Assembly: GCA_017399885.1 (NCBI GenBank)
Contig: JAFQAU010000264.1
Span: 6,411-70,410 of the forward strand
Length of the DNA stretch: 64,000 bases
Reading direction: 5' to 3'
Source of the DNA: Lachnospiraceae bacterium
GTDB taxonomy: Bacteria; Bacillota; Clostridia; Lachnospirales; Lachnospiraceae
Shown: positions 19,468-28,632 of the stretch, piece by piece
Layout of the letters: the number at the start of each line of letters is the position of its first letter
Position numbering within the stretch: position 1 is the stretch's first letter
Notes under the pieces: generated by a model
The model's input: the letters and a program-made list of their open reading frames with translations, nothing else
What the model was told of the DNA's origin: nothing
Database searches by the model: none
Program-made: the position numbers and the translations under genes

Positions 19468-21957
19468 CTATTTTATACTTACCACAATCGTAGCATACGA
19501 TTCTAGCTCCATACTTTCTTCTCCTGTTTTTTTCTGATTTTCCTTTCCAAATATTACTTTCCCCTTTGCAAGTAATTTATGTTCTACCACAACTGCTTTT
19601 CCAGATAAATTATGTAAAACAAGTAATTTTTCCCCATCCGCTTCTCTTACATACACCATCATTTCTTCCTGACCTACATCCACCGCCTGATAGTTTCCAT
19701 AGCATAATGCCTTATTTTGTTTGCGAAGTGCAATTAATTGTTTATAATGCTGATACATAGAATCCGTATCTGTTTTCTGCTGTTCTTTTGCAGATATCAA
19801 CTCTTTATTGTAGGTACTTTCTTCCCATGTGGTGTCCATATCCGAACCATCCTCACTCCATTTTAACGGCTCACGAATGTATTCATCCGGTTTTTCTCCC
19901 AGCATACCAAGTTCTTCCCCATAATAAATAAATGGATTTCCCGGTAGAGTAAGGTAAATACTTGCTGCCAGTTTTGCCTGTTCCTCTGTTTCTAATTGAG
20001 AACATACTCGGTTCTGGTCATGATTTCCGGCAAATACTCCATCTATGAAATTTTCATCTACTTTTTGATATTCTTTTGACAAATTCTCAATTAATTCTGC
20101 CAGACTTACTCCTGTAGTTGCTGATTGTGCATTTCCCTGCTGGATTGCTGTAATCAAATCACTTTGGAATGTAAAATTAAATTTGGTATCAAATGGCTGG
20201 GCATATTCCGCAAGTGTTTCTGTTTCCTGCCATGCCTCACCTACTAAATACACATCCGGATTTACTTCCTCGCAAGCGAGGGCAAATTCATTCCACCATT
20301 GCATATTCGCCTGTAAGGAATCCTGCTGTTGTTTAAATTCGTTAACCCCATAAATATGCATGGCTGCATCCAAACGGAAACCGTCTACACCAAGTTCCAG
20401 CCATTTCTTTGCAGAATTTATGATTTCTTCTCGTACCTTTACATTGTTATAATTCAAATCCGGCATATCTGCTGAGAAAATCCCATAGTAATAATCGGTT
20501 CCATTCTTATGCCATACCGTATCTCCCCAGTTAGAAACGTCTGCACTGTCATAATCTTTCGTGTCTGATTTCTTTACCCAACGATAGTAATTGCGATATT
20601 CACTGTTTTCATCTTCTATGGCATTTTGAAACCAAGGATGTTCACTACTTGTATGATTAATAACAAAATCCATAATTACCTTAATATCCCGTTTATGCGC
20701 TTCTTTGATTAATTTCTCAAAATCCTGTTCCGTACCATACTCTGCATTTACAGAGTTATAATCGGTCACATCATAACCATGATATGAAGGAGATGCATGA
20801 ATCGGCATTAGCCAGATACCTTCTATGCCTAAATCTTTTAAGTAATTAAGCTTAGCGGTTACTCCATTGAAATCTCCCACACCATCTCCATCAGAATCTG
20901 CAAAGGAGCGAACAAATATTTCATAATATACGCCCTGCTTTTCTTTCCTATCACCTTTGTTTCTATACTTCATATCAAAATCTGAAGTATCATATGCATC
21001 ATAAGAACAAGGCTCATATTCCTTTGTTTCCTCTTTTGTTTTCCATTCTTCCTGCTGTTCTAAAAAACACTCCCAGGAAATTTTATAAACTTTACTTCCT
21101 TTTCCTTCGCTATAAGTCACAAAATAAAGCATATTGTCATTTGCACTAAGAGAATAGTATATAATGCCTGCCTCTACCAATTCTTGTGGCAAATACAATT
21201 TTTCTGTTTCTGTAATACGTTCTTCATCATGACTTACCTGATAAAATTCATCAAGATAGTTCTGCTCATCATATGTCGCCATAATGATTTCTTTTTCTTT
21301 ATCCAAAACTTTTGCAATACCAGAATTCTTTACATCCTCACTTAATTCCAACTTTTTTGTTTCATATCCTTGTTCTGTTTTTTTTGCACAATATGCTTTC
21401 ACATCTTGTTCTTCAATATCTTCTATACTTGAAGATGCATAATAAAGATTATTCTGTTCATCTATGTCTGCCAGAACATTGATATCTTCCAAATTTACAT
21501 TTTCTAATTCTGTTATGTTCTTTAACGCCCCCTTCTCTAAGCTTCCTTCATAAATTTTAAGACTTGAAAATATTTCCGGATGTTCTTGTATATTCCAATC
21601 TTCTGATGTATATGCAGAAAAATACATTTTCGCTCCATCCTTTGACACAACCGCATTTTGTACTAAATAGGTAGATGGAATTTCAATTGCCTGCGCATCA
21701 CTATATCCTTCCTCGGTTTCTTTTAATTGAAACCATTGATATGCTTCTAAAATTTCTGTTGCATTTGGATTATATCCATGTACAAACATCTGATTTGTTG
21801 CTTCTACTTCTTGTACTCCCGTTATCATATACTCTTCCGGTATCACAATGTCCATACATTCTGTTAAAGATTCTACTCTTTCTTCTTGTTGCTGATTGCA
21901 TCCTGCAAGAAGCAGACCACATATAGCAACTAAAAATGATACTGTTTTTTTATTCAC
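19468..21957 (-). CDS. Lipoprotein with an N-terminal domain of unknown function fused to a GH13 alpha-amylase-family catalytic domain
   Basis: Lipobox LLAGC. GH13 regions: DFVINH, GVDGFRLDAAMHI, YLVGEAW and FAGNHDQNR. Confidence 0.9.
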   Translation of the reverse strand: MNKKTVSFLVAICGLLLAGCNQQQEERVESLTECMDIVIPEEYMITGVQEVEATNQMFVHGYNPNATEILEAYQWFQLKETEEGYSDAQAIEIPSTYLVQNAVVSKDGAKMYFSAYTSEDWNIQEHPEIFSSLKIYEGSLEKGALKNITELENVNLEDINVLADIDEQNNLYYASSSIEDIEEQDVKAYCAKKTEQGYETKKLELSEDVKNSGIAKVLDKEKEIIMATYDEQNYLDEFYQVSHDEERITETEKLYLPQELVEAGIIYYSLSANDNMLYFVTYSEGKGSKVYKISWECFLEQQEEWKTKEETKEYEPCSYDAYDTSDFDMKYRNKGDRKEKQGVYYEIFVRSFADSDGDGVGDFNGVTAKLNYLKDLGIEGIWLMPIHASPSYHGYDVTDYNSVNAEYGTEQDFEKLIKEAHKRDIKVIMDFVINHTSSEHPWFQNAIEDENSEYRNYYRWVKKSDTKDYDSADVSNWGDTVWHKNGTDYYYGIFSADMPDLNYNNVKVREEIINSAKKWLELGVDGFRLDAAMHIYGVNEFKQQQDSLQANMQWWNEFALACEEVNPDVYLVGEAWQETETLAEYAQPFDTKFNFTFQSDLITAIQQGNAQSATTGVSLAELIENLSKEYQKVDENFIDGVFAGNHDQNRVCSQLETEEQAKLAASIYLTLPGNPFIYYGEELGMLGEKPDEYIREPLKWSEDGSDMDTTWEESTYNKELISAKEQQKTDTDSMYQHYKQLIALRKQNKALCYGNYQAVDVGQEEMMVYVREADGEKLLVLHNLSGKAVVVEHKLLAKGKVIFGKENQKKTGEESMELESYATIVVSIK

Positions 21958-21995
21958 TTTTATTCTACATCCTCTCTGTAATAAGATACTTTATA

Positions 21996-22050
21996 GTAAC
22001 AGTTCAAGCAGGAGCAACACTTGGCTGATTGCCCCTGCCTGAACTGTTGC
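21996..22050. repeat. GTAACAGTT-family hairpin with a GATTGCCCCTG core
   Basis: GTAACAGTTCAAGCAGG...CCTGCCTGAACTGTTGC. Confidence 0.7.
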
Positions 22051-22369
22051 ACTTTATATGATACCACAGAAACACCTAAATTTGATAGAATTAAAATCTT
22101 CTAAAAAGCACACGGTATTCTCTTAAGACAGAATATAGAAAATATAAAATATCTATAAATACTTCATAAACTTTATATAAAAATTTGATTTTTCCCTTGT
22201 ACGCCCAAAGTAAATTTGTTATCATAATGAAATCTTACAATTTTCTGATTCATTTCGAATCGAGATCCCAAAAAACAATAAAAAGCATAGTGTTTCAAAA
22301 GAACTTCTGTTATAATCTAATTAGAAAATACAATTTTCATCACAATTCTGATAATTCCTTTCGAAGCCT

Positions 22370-23374
22370 ATGCAGCAAAGAAAGGATATAAAAATGCCAA
22401 CAATAAAGAAAGTAAAATTCAAAAACAACAAAATGAAAAAAATCGTTGTAATTAATTCATCTTACCAACAAAAAAGCTATACCAGCAGAGAATATAAAGA
22501 CCGGTTGTTTAAGTTCATTTTCAAGGACAAAGAAAAATTGTTATCCTTATACAATGCTTTAAATAACACAAATTACAATAATCCGGAGGATATCGAAATT
22601 ACAACGTTAGAAGATGTGATTTATTGTAACATGAAAAATGATGTATCTTTTATTATTGATGGAAGATTAAGTTTATTTGAACATCAGAGTACATTAAACC
22701 AAAACATGCCTTTACGTGGATTATTATACTTTGCAAAACAATTTGAAAAATATATAGAATCCTATCATTTGAATATTTATCGAAGTAACTTAGTGGAATT
22801 GCCAACCCCTAAGTTTGTTGTATTTTATAATGGGAAAGATATGAAAGAAGACCGAAGAATTTTGCGACTATCAGATGCTTTTTCAAAGACAAACGAAGAG
22901 GCTTGCATGGAATTGGAAGCTCTTGTATTAAATATTAATTACGGCAAAAACAAAGAACTGATGGATTGTTGTCGCCCATTAATGGAGTACTCCTACTTTG
23001 TAAAAGAAGTAAAAAAACATTCCCAAAAAATGGAACGTGACCATGCTATTAATACTGCAGTAGATGCGTGTATTGAGAAAAATATTTTAAAAGAAATCTT
23101 AATCAAAAACAGGGCGGAGGTTGTAGATATGTTGTTAACAGAATATAATGAAGAAAAAATACTTCGTCTTATGGAAGATGAGTTAGAAGAAATGAAAATT
23201 CAGTTGGAACAAGAACAACTAGAAAAACAAACATTCAAATCTCAACTAGAACAGGAGCAATTGGAAAAACAAACATTCAAATCTCAACTAGAACAGGAAC
23301 AATTGGAAAAACAAAAGTTGTTAAAAAAATTAGCAGAATTAGAATGTAAATTAGGAAAGAAAGATAACGAATAA
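22370..23374 (+). CDS. Rpn/YhgA-like PD-(D/E)XK nuclease (putative transposase family) with a C-terminal coiled-coil repeat
   Basis: YKDRLFKFIF and LFEHQSTLNQNMPLRGLLYF (the EhQS...R..lY hallmark). The start may instead be ATG 22394. Confidence 0.6.
   Translation: MQQRKDIKMPTIKKVKFKNNKMKKIVVINSSYQQKSYTSREYKDRLFKFIFKDKEKLLSLYNALNNTNYNNPEDIEITTLEDVIYCNMKNDVSFIIDGRLSLFEHQSTLNQNMPLRGLLYFAKQFEKYIESYHLNIYRSNLVELPTPKFVVFYNGKDMKEDRRILRLSDAFSKTNEEACMELEALVLNINYGKNKELMDCCRPLMEYSYFVKEVKKHSQKMERDHAINTAVDACIEKNILKEILIKNRAEVVDMLLTEYNEEKILRLMEDELEEMKIQLEQEQLEKQTFKSQLEQEQLEKQTFKSQLEQEQLEKQKLLKKLAELECKLGKKDNE
23201..23315 (+). repeat. Tandem 42-bp coding repeat (about 2.7 copies)
   Basis: QLEQEQLEKQTFKS repeated, with near-identical DNA units. 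Confidence 0.85.
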
Positions 23375-23388
23375 GGCGAATTCCTCTT

Positions 23389-23475
23389 CACTACTTCCTT
23401 ATGAATACAGATTACTTCGCAACATATCAGATGAGGCTTTTTATCCCCATCTGATACGAGCATCCCCCACTTAAT
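23389..23475 (+). repeat. ATCAGATG-hairpin element, copy 1 (copy 2 at 60242-60335)
   Basis: CTACTTCCTTATGAATACAGATTACTTCGCAACATATCAGATGAGGCTTTTTATCCCCATCTGATACGAGCATCCC is nearly identical to 60242-60335. Confidence 0.8.
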
Positions 23476-23495
23476 GCGGAACAGTTACCTTTATG

Positions 23496-24389
23496 CTACA
23501 CATTTGTAGATGTGGGATTGCTTGTTTTGTGTTCAAAATAATACAAATACACATCTTCCAAATTAGCAGGTGCTACCATGTGTGGATATTGTTCCGGTTT
23601 TACCTTCGTAATTATTTTTACCTTTATGCCTTCTATACCTTGCCTAACATTGCTTACAAGATAAGTTTCCATGACTTCCTTTTGCTGCTGGGAATCAATC
23701 TGTATTTCATATATGTAAGGTTGGATCTTTCTCATTAGCTCAGAAGGAGTTCCCTTTTCTTGCATTCTTCCATTCTTCATCAATAAAATTTCTCTAGCAA
23801 TGGATTCCACATCAGATACAATGTGTGTGGCTACTAATATAATACGATTCTCTGCAATTTGGCTTATAAAATTACGAATCCGAATTCGTTCTTGTGGGTC
23901 AACTCCTGCTGTTGGTTCATCCATAATAATTATTTTTGGATTTCCTAATAAAGACTGTGCAATCAGCACTCTTTGTTTCATGCCTCCGGAAAAGGATCCT
24001 ATCTTTTCAAAACGTTTCTCATACAAATTTAGGGAAGCAAGCAATTCCGGAACTTGTTTTTTTAATTCTGCATTGCTACAACCTTTCAATTTCCCCACAT
24101 ATTTTAAAAAGCCTTCGGCTGAAAAATGCTCATAAAAACCTTGTTGCTGCGGAACATAACCAAGCATGGCGCGATACTCTTTTCCCATAGACAGAATTTC
24201 TTTTCCATTCACTAAAATATTTCCGCTGGTTCTTTTTAAATTATCTGTTAACAAGTTCATTAAAGTGGACTTTCCCGCTCCATTAGGACCTAATATTCCA
24301 TATATTCCTTCCTCCAAAGTAATATTAAAATCATGTAACGCCACTTTTTCCCCATATTCTTTTCGTAAATGTTCTATTTCTAACTTCAT
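23496..24389 (-). CDS. ABC transporter ATP-binding protein
   Basis: GPNGAGKST, FSGGMKQRVLIAQSL, IIIMDEPT. Confidence 0.9.
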   Translation of the reverse strand: MKLEIEHLRKEYGEKVALHDFNITLEEGIYGILGPNGAGKSTLMNLLTDNLKRTSGNILVNGKEILSMGKEYRAMLGYVPQQQGFYEHFSAEGFLKYVGKLKGCSNAELKKQVPELLASLNLYEKRFEKIGSFSGGMKQRVLIAQSLLGNPKIIIMDEPTAGVDPQERIRIRNFISQIAENRIILVATHIVSDVESIAREILLMKNGRMQEKGTPSELMRKIQPYIYEIQIDSQQQKEVMETYLVSNVRQGIEGIKVKIITKVKPEQYPHMVAPANLEDVYLYYFEHKTSNPTSTNV

Positions 24390-24450
24390 ATTGTCTCCTC
24401 GTATAATAAGTTTCTATATATTCAACTAAATGACATGGAAGACTAACCTG

Positions 24451-26598
24451 CTACGTTGTATATTTTTTCATCCCAACATATCCTAGTATCCCGCTTATGC
24501 CCATTTGTAGCACAATCAAAATCGTGCTCCTTAAAAAGCCCTGTTCTATTAACATATTTCCATAGCACATTGGTTGTATAACAGAGATATATTTTAATTC
24601 TTCGATTCCAACAATATATCCTGCCGCCGGAATAAGAATAACCATCACATTCAGTAATAATCCTTTTCTACCTTTTACATAGATAGAAATGGTACTTATG
24701 ATAAATCCAATTGCAATACAATTTAATAATTGCACCACTCCTACTAAAACAAAAAATGTTTTACAATTCATTTCAAGTGGAAAATCTCCAAAAAATTCTA
24801 AGCTTTGTATGGGTGCATCCAAACAAGTGAACGAATACAATTTTTCCACTTCATATATATCCAGACAGTAGGTACCCAAACTTAGGACAGTAGAAATTCC
24901 AATCATAATTCCAAGCTTTTTCCAAAACAAGCTTCCTCTTCCATGTTTTGTTGCTCGCAACATATGTTCTGTGCCTACTTGTGTATCATAAGAAAATAAT
25001 CCACTACAAAGAAATACTAACAGCATTAAAATTAACATTATCTTTAGGTTCTTGTTTCCTATCCTTGTTTCCATATAGCTATGATGATCTGTGAAAAGAA
25101 TCTCATAAGGTCTATCATTTAAAAAATATGTATTTCTTCCATACTCTGTTCTTTGGTATTCCATATATTGAATTTTTTCATTTATGATATCCATGCACTG
25201 GGATAGAATTTCATATTTTTCCTTTTCTCGTTCTGCGTTACGCATTGCATTTTCACTAATTTTTCCCTTTTCGTATTGCGAAATCGCTTTTTTGTACTTT
25301 TTCTGCTCCCGCTTTAAAACTTTTGTTTGCCCTTTCACATAATCGGTTAGTTTTCCTATGTCCTCTCCACTATATTCCACATAAATATCCTGCATTTTTG
25401 CACTTGCTCCATAATAAGATATCTCTGTCAAATCTAACATAGACAACAACAAAACAATCCATATTGTCATTGCTATCCAACCTTTTTCTAAAACAAATAC
25501 TTTATAACACTCCATGCTTACAACGGAACGCCGTGACAAAAATTTATGATAAATAGTGCTGATTTTTCTTCCAATTTCTCCAATTACTTTTTCAATAGGA
25601 CTTTTCTCTTTTATTGGTCTACGTCTGACAGAAATCACACCACATAGTATAGTTGCACACAAACCTAGCAAAAACGTATAACATAAAAAAGTAGAAAACG
25701 AATTTAAGATTGCATTTCCCACTTTTAAATTTCTGTATGCTAAGGTCCATTTGTTAAAATACAGTATATTATATACGTTCCAGCATTTTAAAAACAAATA
25801 TGGACTTTGTTCCTCCAAACCGTTCCATAGCTTTCCCTCCATAAAAAATACAAGAAGCAAAAATAATAAAGAAAGCTTTCTATTGCGAAATAGTAACATT
25901 CCCATCCATAGAACCATGGCTAATGCCAGCATTGTAACAATTCTTAACCCTACATATCCTACTAAAAATTCTGAAATAGAAATGGTATAAATAAAATCTT
26001 TCAACATAAAAACAGATTGAATTGGATTTTTTAAATCACCCCAGCCGCCATAAATACAAAAGGAAAGCAGAAGAACACTTGCATATGTTATAAATGTAAA
26101 ACCAACTATTCCACATACAAGTGCTCGTACTCTCCATAAAAACATTCCAATTCTTCCATTTTTGGAAGCATAAAAAATGACTTTCTGTCCAATTCTCTCA
26201 TCTTCAAAAAAGTACCATAAAAGAATACAAACAAATATAAAAAGAAAATAAGAAAGTTCTTTATATTCCAATACGGACGTGATTGCTTTGTAATTTCCGT
26301 TTTTTACTTTCACATCCAATAACTTTTCATAATCCTGCTTTGTTTTTTCTATGTTTTTTTGAGAAAAAGCATCCTGCTTTTGGAAAATGCTTATCTTACC
26401 CAACGTTTCACTGGCAGTTTGGGTCTCCTCTACATAGTTTGCATAGTTAGAAATGTGTTCTAACTGTTCTTTTTCCTCTTCCAAACTTATCCCGCCATCT
26501 TTATATTGCAAAAAAATATAGCCAAAAATTGCAAAAACTACCAGCAAAATCGTTGCCACTATCATTTTCTTTTCCGTAAAAATTCTTCTCTCTTCCAT
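24451..26598 (-). CDS. Large polytopic membrane protein (putative ABC-2-like permease) with a central charged coiled-coil insert
   Basis: 715 aa. Two multi-TM blocks are separated by KVLKREQKKYKKAISQYEKGKISENAMRNAEREKEKYE. Lies in an operon with the ATPase. Confidence 0.55.
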   Translation of the reverse strand: MEERRIFTEKKMIVATILLVVFAIFGYIFLQYKDGGISLEEEKEQLEHISNYANYVEETQTASETLGKISIFQKQDAFSQKNIEKTKQDYEKLLDVKVKNGNYKAITSVLEYKELSYFLFIFVCILLWYFFEDERIGQKVIFYASKNGRIGMFLWRVRALVCGIVGFTFITYASVLLLSFCIYGGWGDLKNPIQSVFMLKDFIYTISISEFLVGYVGLRIVTMLALAMVLWMGMLLFRNRKLSLLFLLLVFFMEGKLWNGLEEQSPYLFLKCWNVYNILYFNKWTLAYRNLKVGNAILNSFSTFLCYTFLLGLCATILCGVISVRRRPIKEKSPIEKVIGEIGRKISTIYHKFLSRRSVVSMECYKVFVLEKGWIAMTIWIVLLLSMLDLTEISYYGASAKMQDIYVEYSGEDIGKLTDYVKGQTKVLKREQKKYKKAISQYEKGKISENAMRNAEREKEKYEILSQCMDIINEKIQYMEYQRTEYGRNTYFLNDRPYEILFTDHHSYMETRIGNKNLKIMLILMLLVFLCSGLFSYDTQVGTEHMLRATKHGRGSLFWKKLGIMIGISTVLSLGTYCLDIYEVEKLYSFTCLDAPIQSLEFFGDFPLEMNCKTFFVLVGVVQLLNCIAIGFIISTISIYVKGRKGLLLNVMVILIPAAGYIVGIEELKYISVIQPMCYGNMLIEQGFLRSTILIVLQMGISGILGYVGMKKYTT

Positions 26599-26607
26599 TT
26601 TTTACTC

Positions 26608-27771
26608 CTATTTATCTGCTAGCATGGTATATGGTGCAAGAAGAATATCGTCATTAGCCTCTTTTCTACTTTCGCATACTTTTCCAGTTGTATCTAATAC
26701 AGATTGCTCTGTACTTTTTTCTTCACTTACTGTTTTTGTTTCATAGACAATTTTTTTGTCATAATCAAATAGTCGAACACTTATTGTTTTGTCAGAATTT
26801 TTTTCTGCTTTATAAAAAATTTCTTCTTTGCCGTCTGTTAGATTTTTCCTTTTAATATTGTAAGCAGAATCAATGTAATACAGATTTTGTTCTAACACCA
26901 TAAAATCTTTATAGCTATTCTGGCATACACAGGATACTTCCGCACTCTCTGTATGGTATGCATATATACTATCTATTATTTCATTGGAATCTTCTTTCGT
27001 CTTTCCCATTTGGAATAAGACATACTTTCCATATGGTTTTATCCTATAGATGGAAGTGCCTTTTCCCGATACTTCATAAAGACTTTCTACCTGCGCGTTG
27101 GTTTCTAGCTTTATTCGATACAGTGTTGCTTCTTCACATCCCATATAATAATCCGTAAAGTATACATATCCTCTATGTATTTGCATTTCCGGCATATAAT
27201 ATCTTGTAGAAATTTCATCTCCATCCTCTTTTTCTTCTACATACTGTCTCATTACTTTACAAATTTTCTCCCGCACAGCACCATCCGGGCTTATTTTACA
27301 AATCCAGATGTATTCTTCCTCTATCATTGGTGTATACAAATCTCCCTCATAATTCCATAATATCCCCATAGGAAAGTTTTCTTCCTTAAAATAAGCATTA
27401 CAAGAATCGCTACTATGCTCACAATTGCTTTTTCCACAAACGTATACCGTTTCTCCTGTTGCATAATCAAAGTATTGTAAATAGCTTCCACTTTGTTTGC
27501 CTTGGATACCATCCATCCCCTCAGTTTCATAACGTCCCTCTTTTGTATATACTGTTGTGGAATAGCTTGGTCGATTAGATTGGCAATCCGTTTCATACGC
27601 ATAACCATAATCAGATTCTTGTATCATTTCCGATTTACCGGCATCTGTAATTTCTATTTGTTCCTTGGTATCTTTTGTGCCTTTGCTATTTGTTTCCGTC
27701 GATGCACAGCCGGAAAATAAAAACATACCTCCCGCTAACATTAGTGTACATAAATAATAATTTTTCTTCAT
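26608..27771 (-). CDS. Lipoprotein, probably beta-propeller (DUF5050-like)
   Basis: Lipobox LFSGCAS. Repeated aromatic-rich strands such as YVYFTDYY, LYRIKL and NLYYIDSAYNIKRKNL. Confidence 0.5.
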   Translation of the reverse strand: MKKNYYLCTLMLAGGMFLFSGCASTETNSKGTKDTKEQIEITDAGKSEMIQESDYGYAYETDCQSNRPSYSTTVYTKEGRYETEGMDGIQGKQSGSYLQYFDYATGETVYVCGKSNCEHSSDSCNAYFKEENFPMGILWNYEGDLYTPMIEEEYIWICKISPDGAVREKICKVMRQYVEEKEDGDEISTRYYMPEMQIHRGYVYFTDYYMGCEEATLYRIKLETNAQVESLYEVSGKGTSIYRIKPYGKYVLFQMGKTKEDSNEIIDSIYAYHTESAEVSCVCQNSYKDFMVLEQNLYYIDSAYNIKRKNLTDGKEEIFYKAEKNSDKTISVRLFDYDKKIVYETKTVSEEKSTEQSVLDTTGKVCESRKEANDDILLAPYTMLADK

Positions 27772-27889
27772 AAGTTTCCCATCCTTTGTTCTATTTATAC
27801 TCTATTGATAAACTACTCCTATGTTAAGAAATTCTCAACATAGGAGTTCAATTTAGTATCTGCTCATGGTTCTTAAATTATTGCACAAA

Positions 27890-28273
27890 TTAGTATGTTG
27901 CGATTGCAGATAATATTACGTTACCTTCTGTATAAAGGGACACATAAGATTTTAGCTTTTGTCCACTATATGACTTAACAAATTCACATGAATCTCCTGC
28001 ATGATGTGTTACTTTTAATGTGCCACCACCTTGTTTTGTTTTGGTCACATCGTATGAAAAATATTGATCCTTATATGCATAATACTCATAACCTTTCACA
28101 CGTATCCAATGATTTCCAGAACTGCCAGAATTAAAAGTTGTAGTTACTTTCTTGTCTGAAGTCGCCAATACTGCACTAATGGAAGCCGCATAACACTTAT
28201 TACCTGTAATTAACAACATTGCAAATGCAAGTGCTAAAAATGAACCTATACTTTTCTTTAATTTCCTTTTCAT
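27890..28273 (-). CDS. Small secreted protein of unknown function; first gene of the cassette-driven operon
   Basis: 127 aa. Sec signal peptide ending CYA-AS. No family recognised. Confidence 0.6.
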   Translation of the reverse strand: MKRKLKKSIGSFLALAFAMLLITGNKCYAASISAVLATSDKKVTTTFNSGSSGNHWIRVKGYEYYAYKDQYFSYDVTKTKQGGGTLKVTHHAGDSCEFVKSYSGQKLKSYVSLYTEGNVILSAIATY

Positions 28274-28383
28274 AATAATACCATTCCTTCCTTCTCTTTT
28301 CTATTATCTTTTTTGATGAATTATGAAACTTTTCATAGATATATTTTCACCATATATCTTTTTTCTCCTCCTTTCTCCGAAAC

Positions 28384-28470
28384 ATTATACCCCATTCCCT
28401 TTTCAAAATCTTTGAATCCATGGGGATAATTTTTGTCGATTTTTGTCGGTTTTTGTCGATTTCTTTCCAA
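28384..28470 (-). promoter_or_regulatory. TGTCG-box promoter cassette E1
   Basis: Boxes TGTCGA, TGTCGG and TGTCGA at 28434, 28444 and 28454. Conserved AAAATCTTTGAATCCATGGGGAT. Minus-strand TATAAT at 28389-28384. Confidence 0.6.
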
Positions 28471-28484
28471 CAATTATATTTTTA

Positions 28485-28513
28485 TTGAGATTTTAATCTT
28501 TTAATGTTAGAAT
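28485..28513 (+). promoter_or_regulatory. Plus-facing promoter, homologous to the promoter of the Spo0A-like regulator gene, now reading into the IS
   Basis: TTGAGA, 17 nt spacer, TAGAAT with a TGT extended -10. Near-identical to 37278-37306. Confidence 0.55.
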
Positions 28514-28632
28514 ACACTTAGTTATATTTTGAACATATCGGTAACAGGTCAATCTCCTGTTAAACCAAAGTCTTTTACTTAATTTCGTAATCCTATGTTA
28601 AGCTTGGAATACTATAACACCGTAACTTTATA

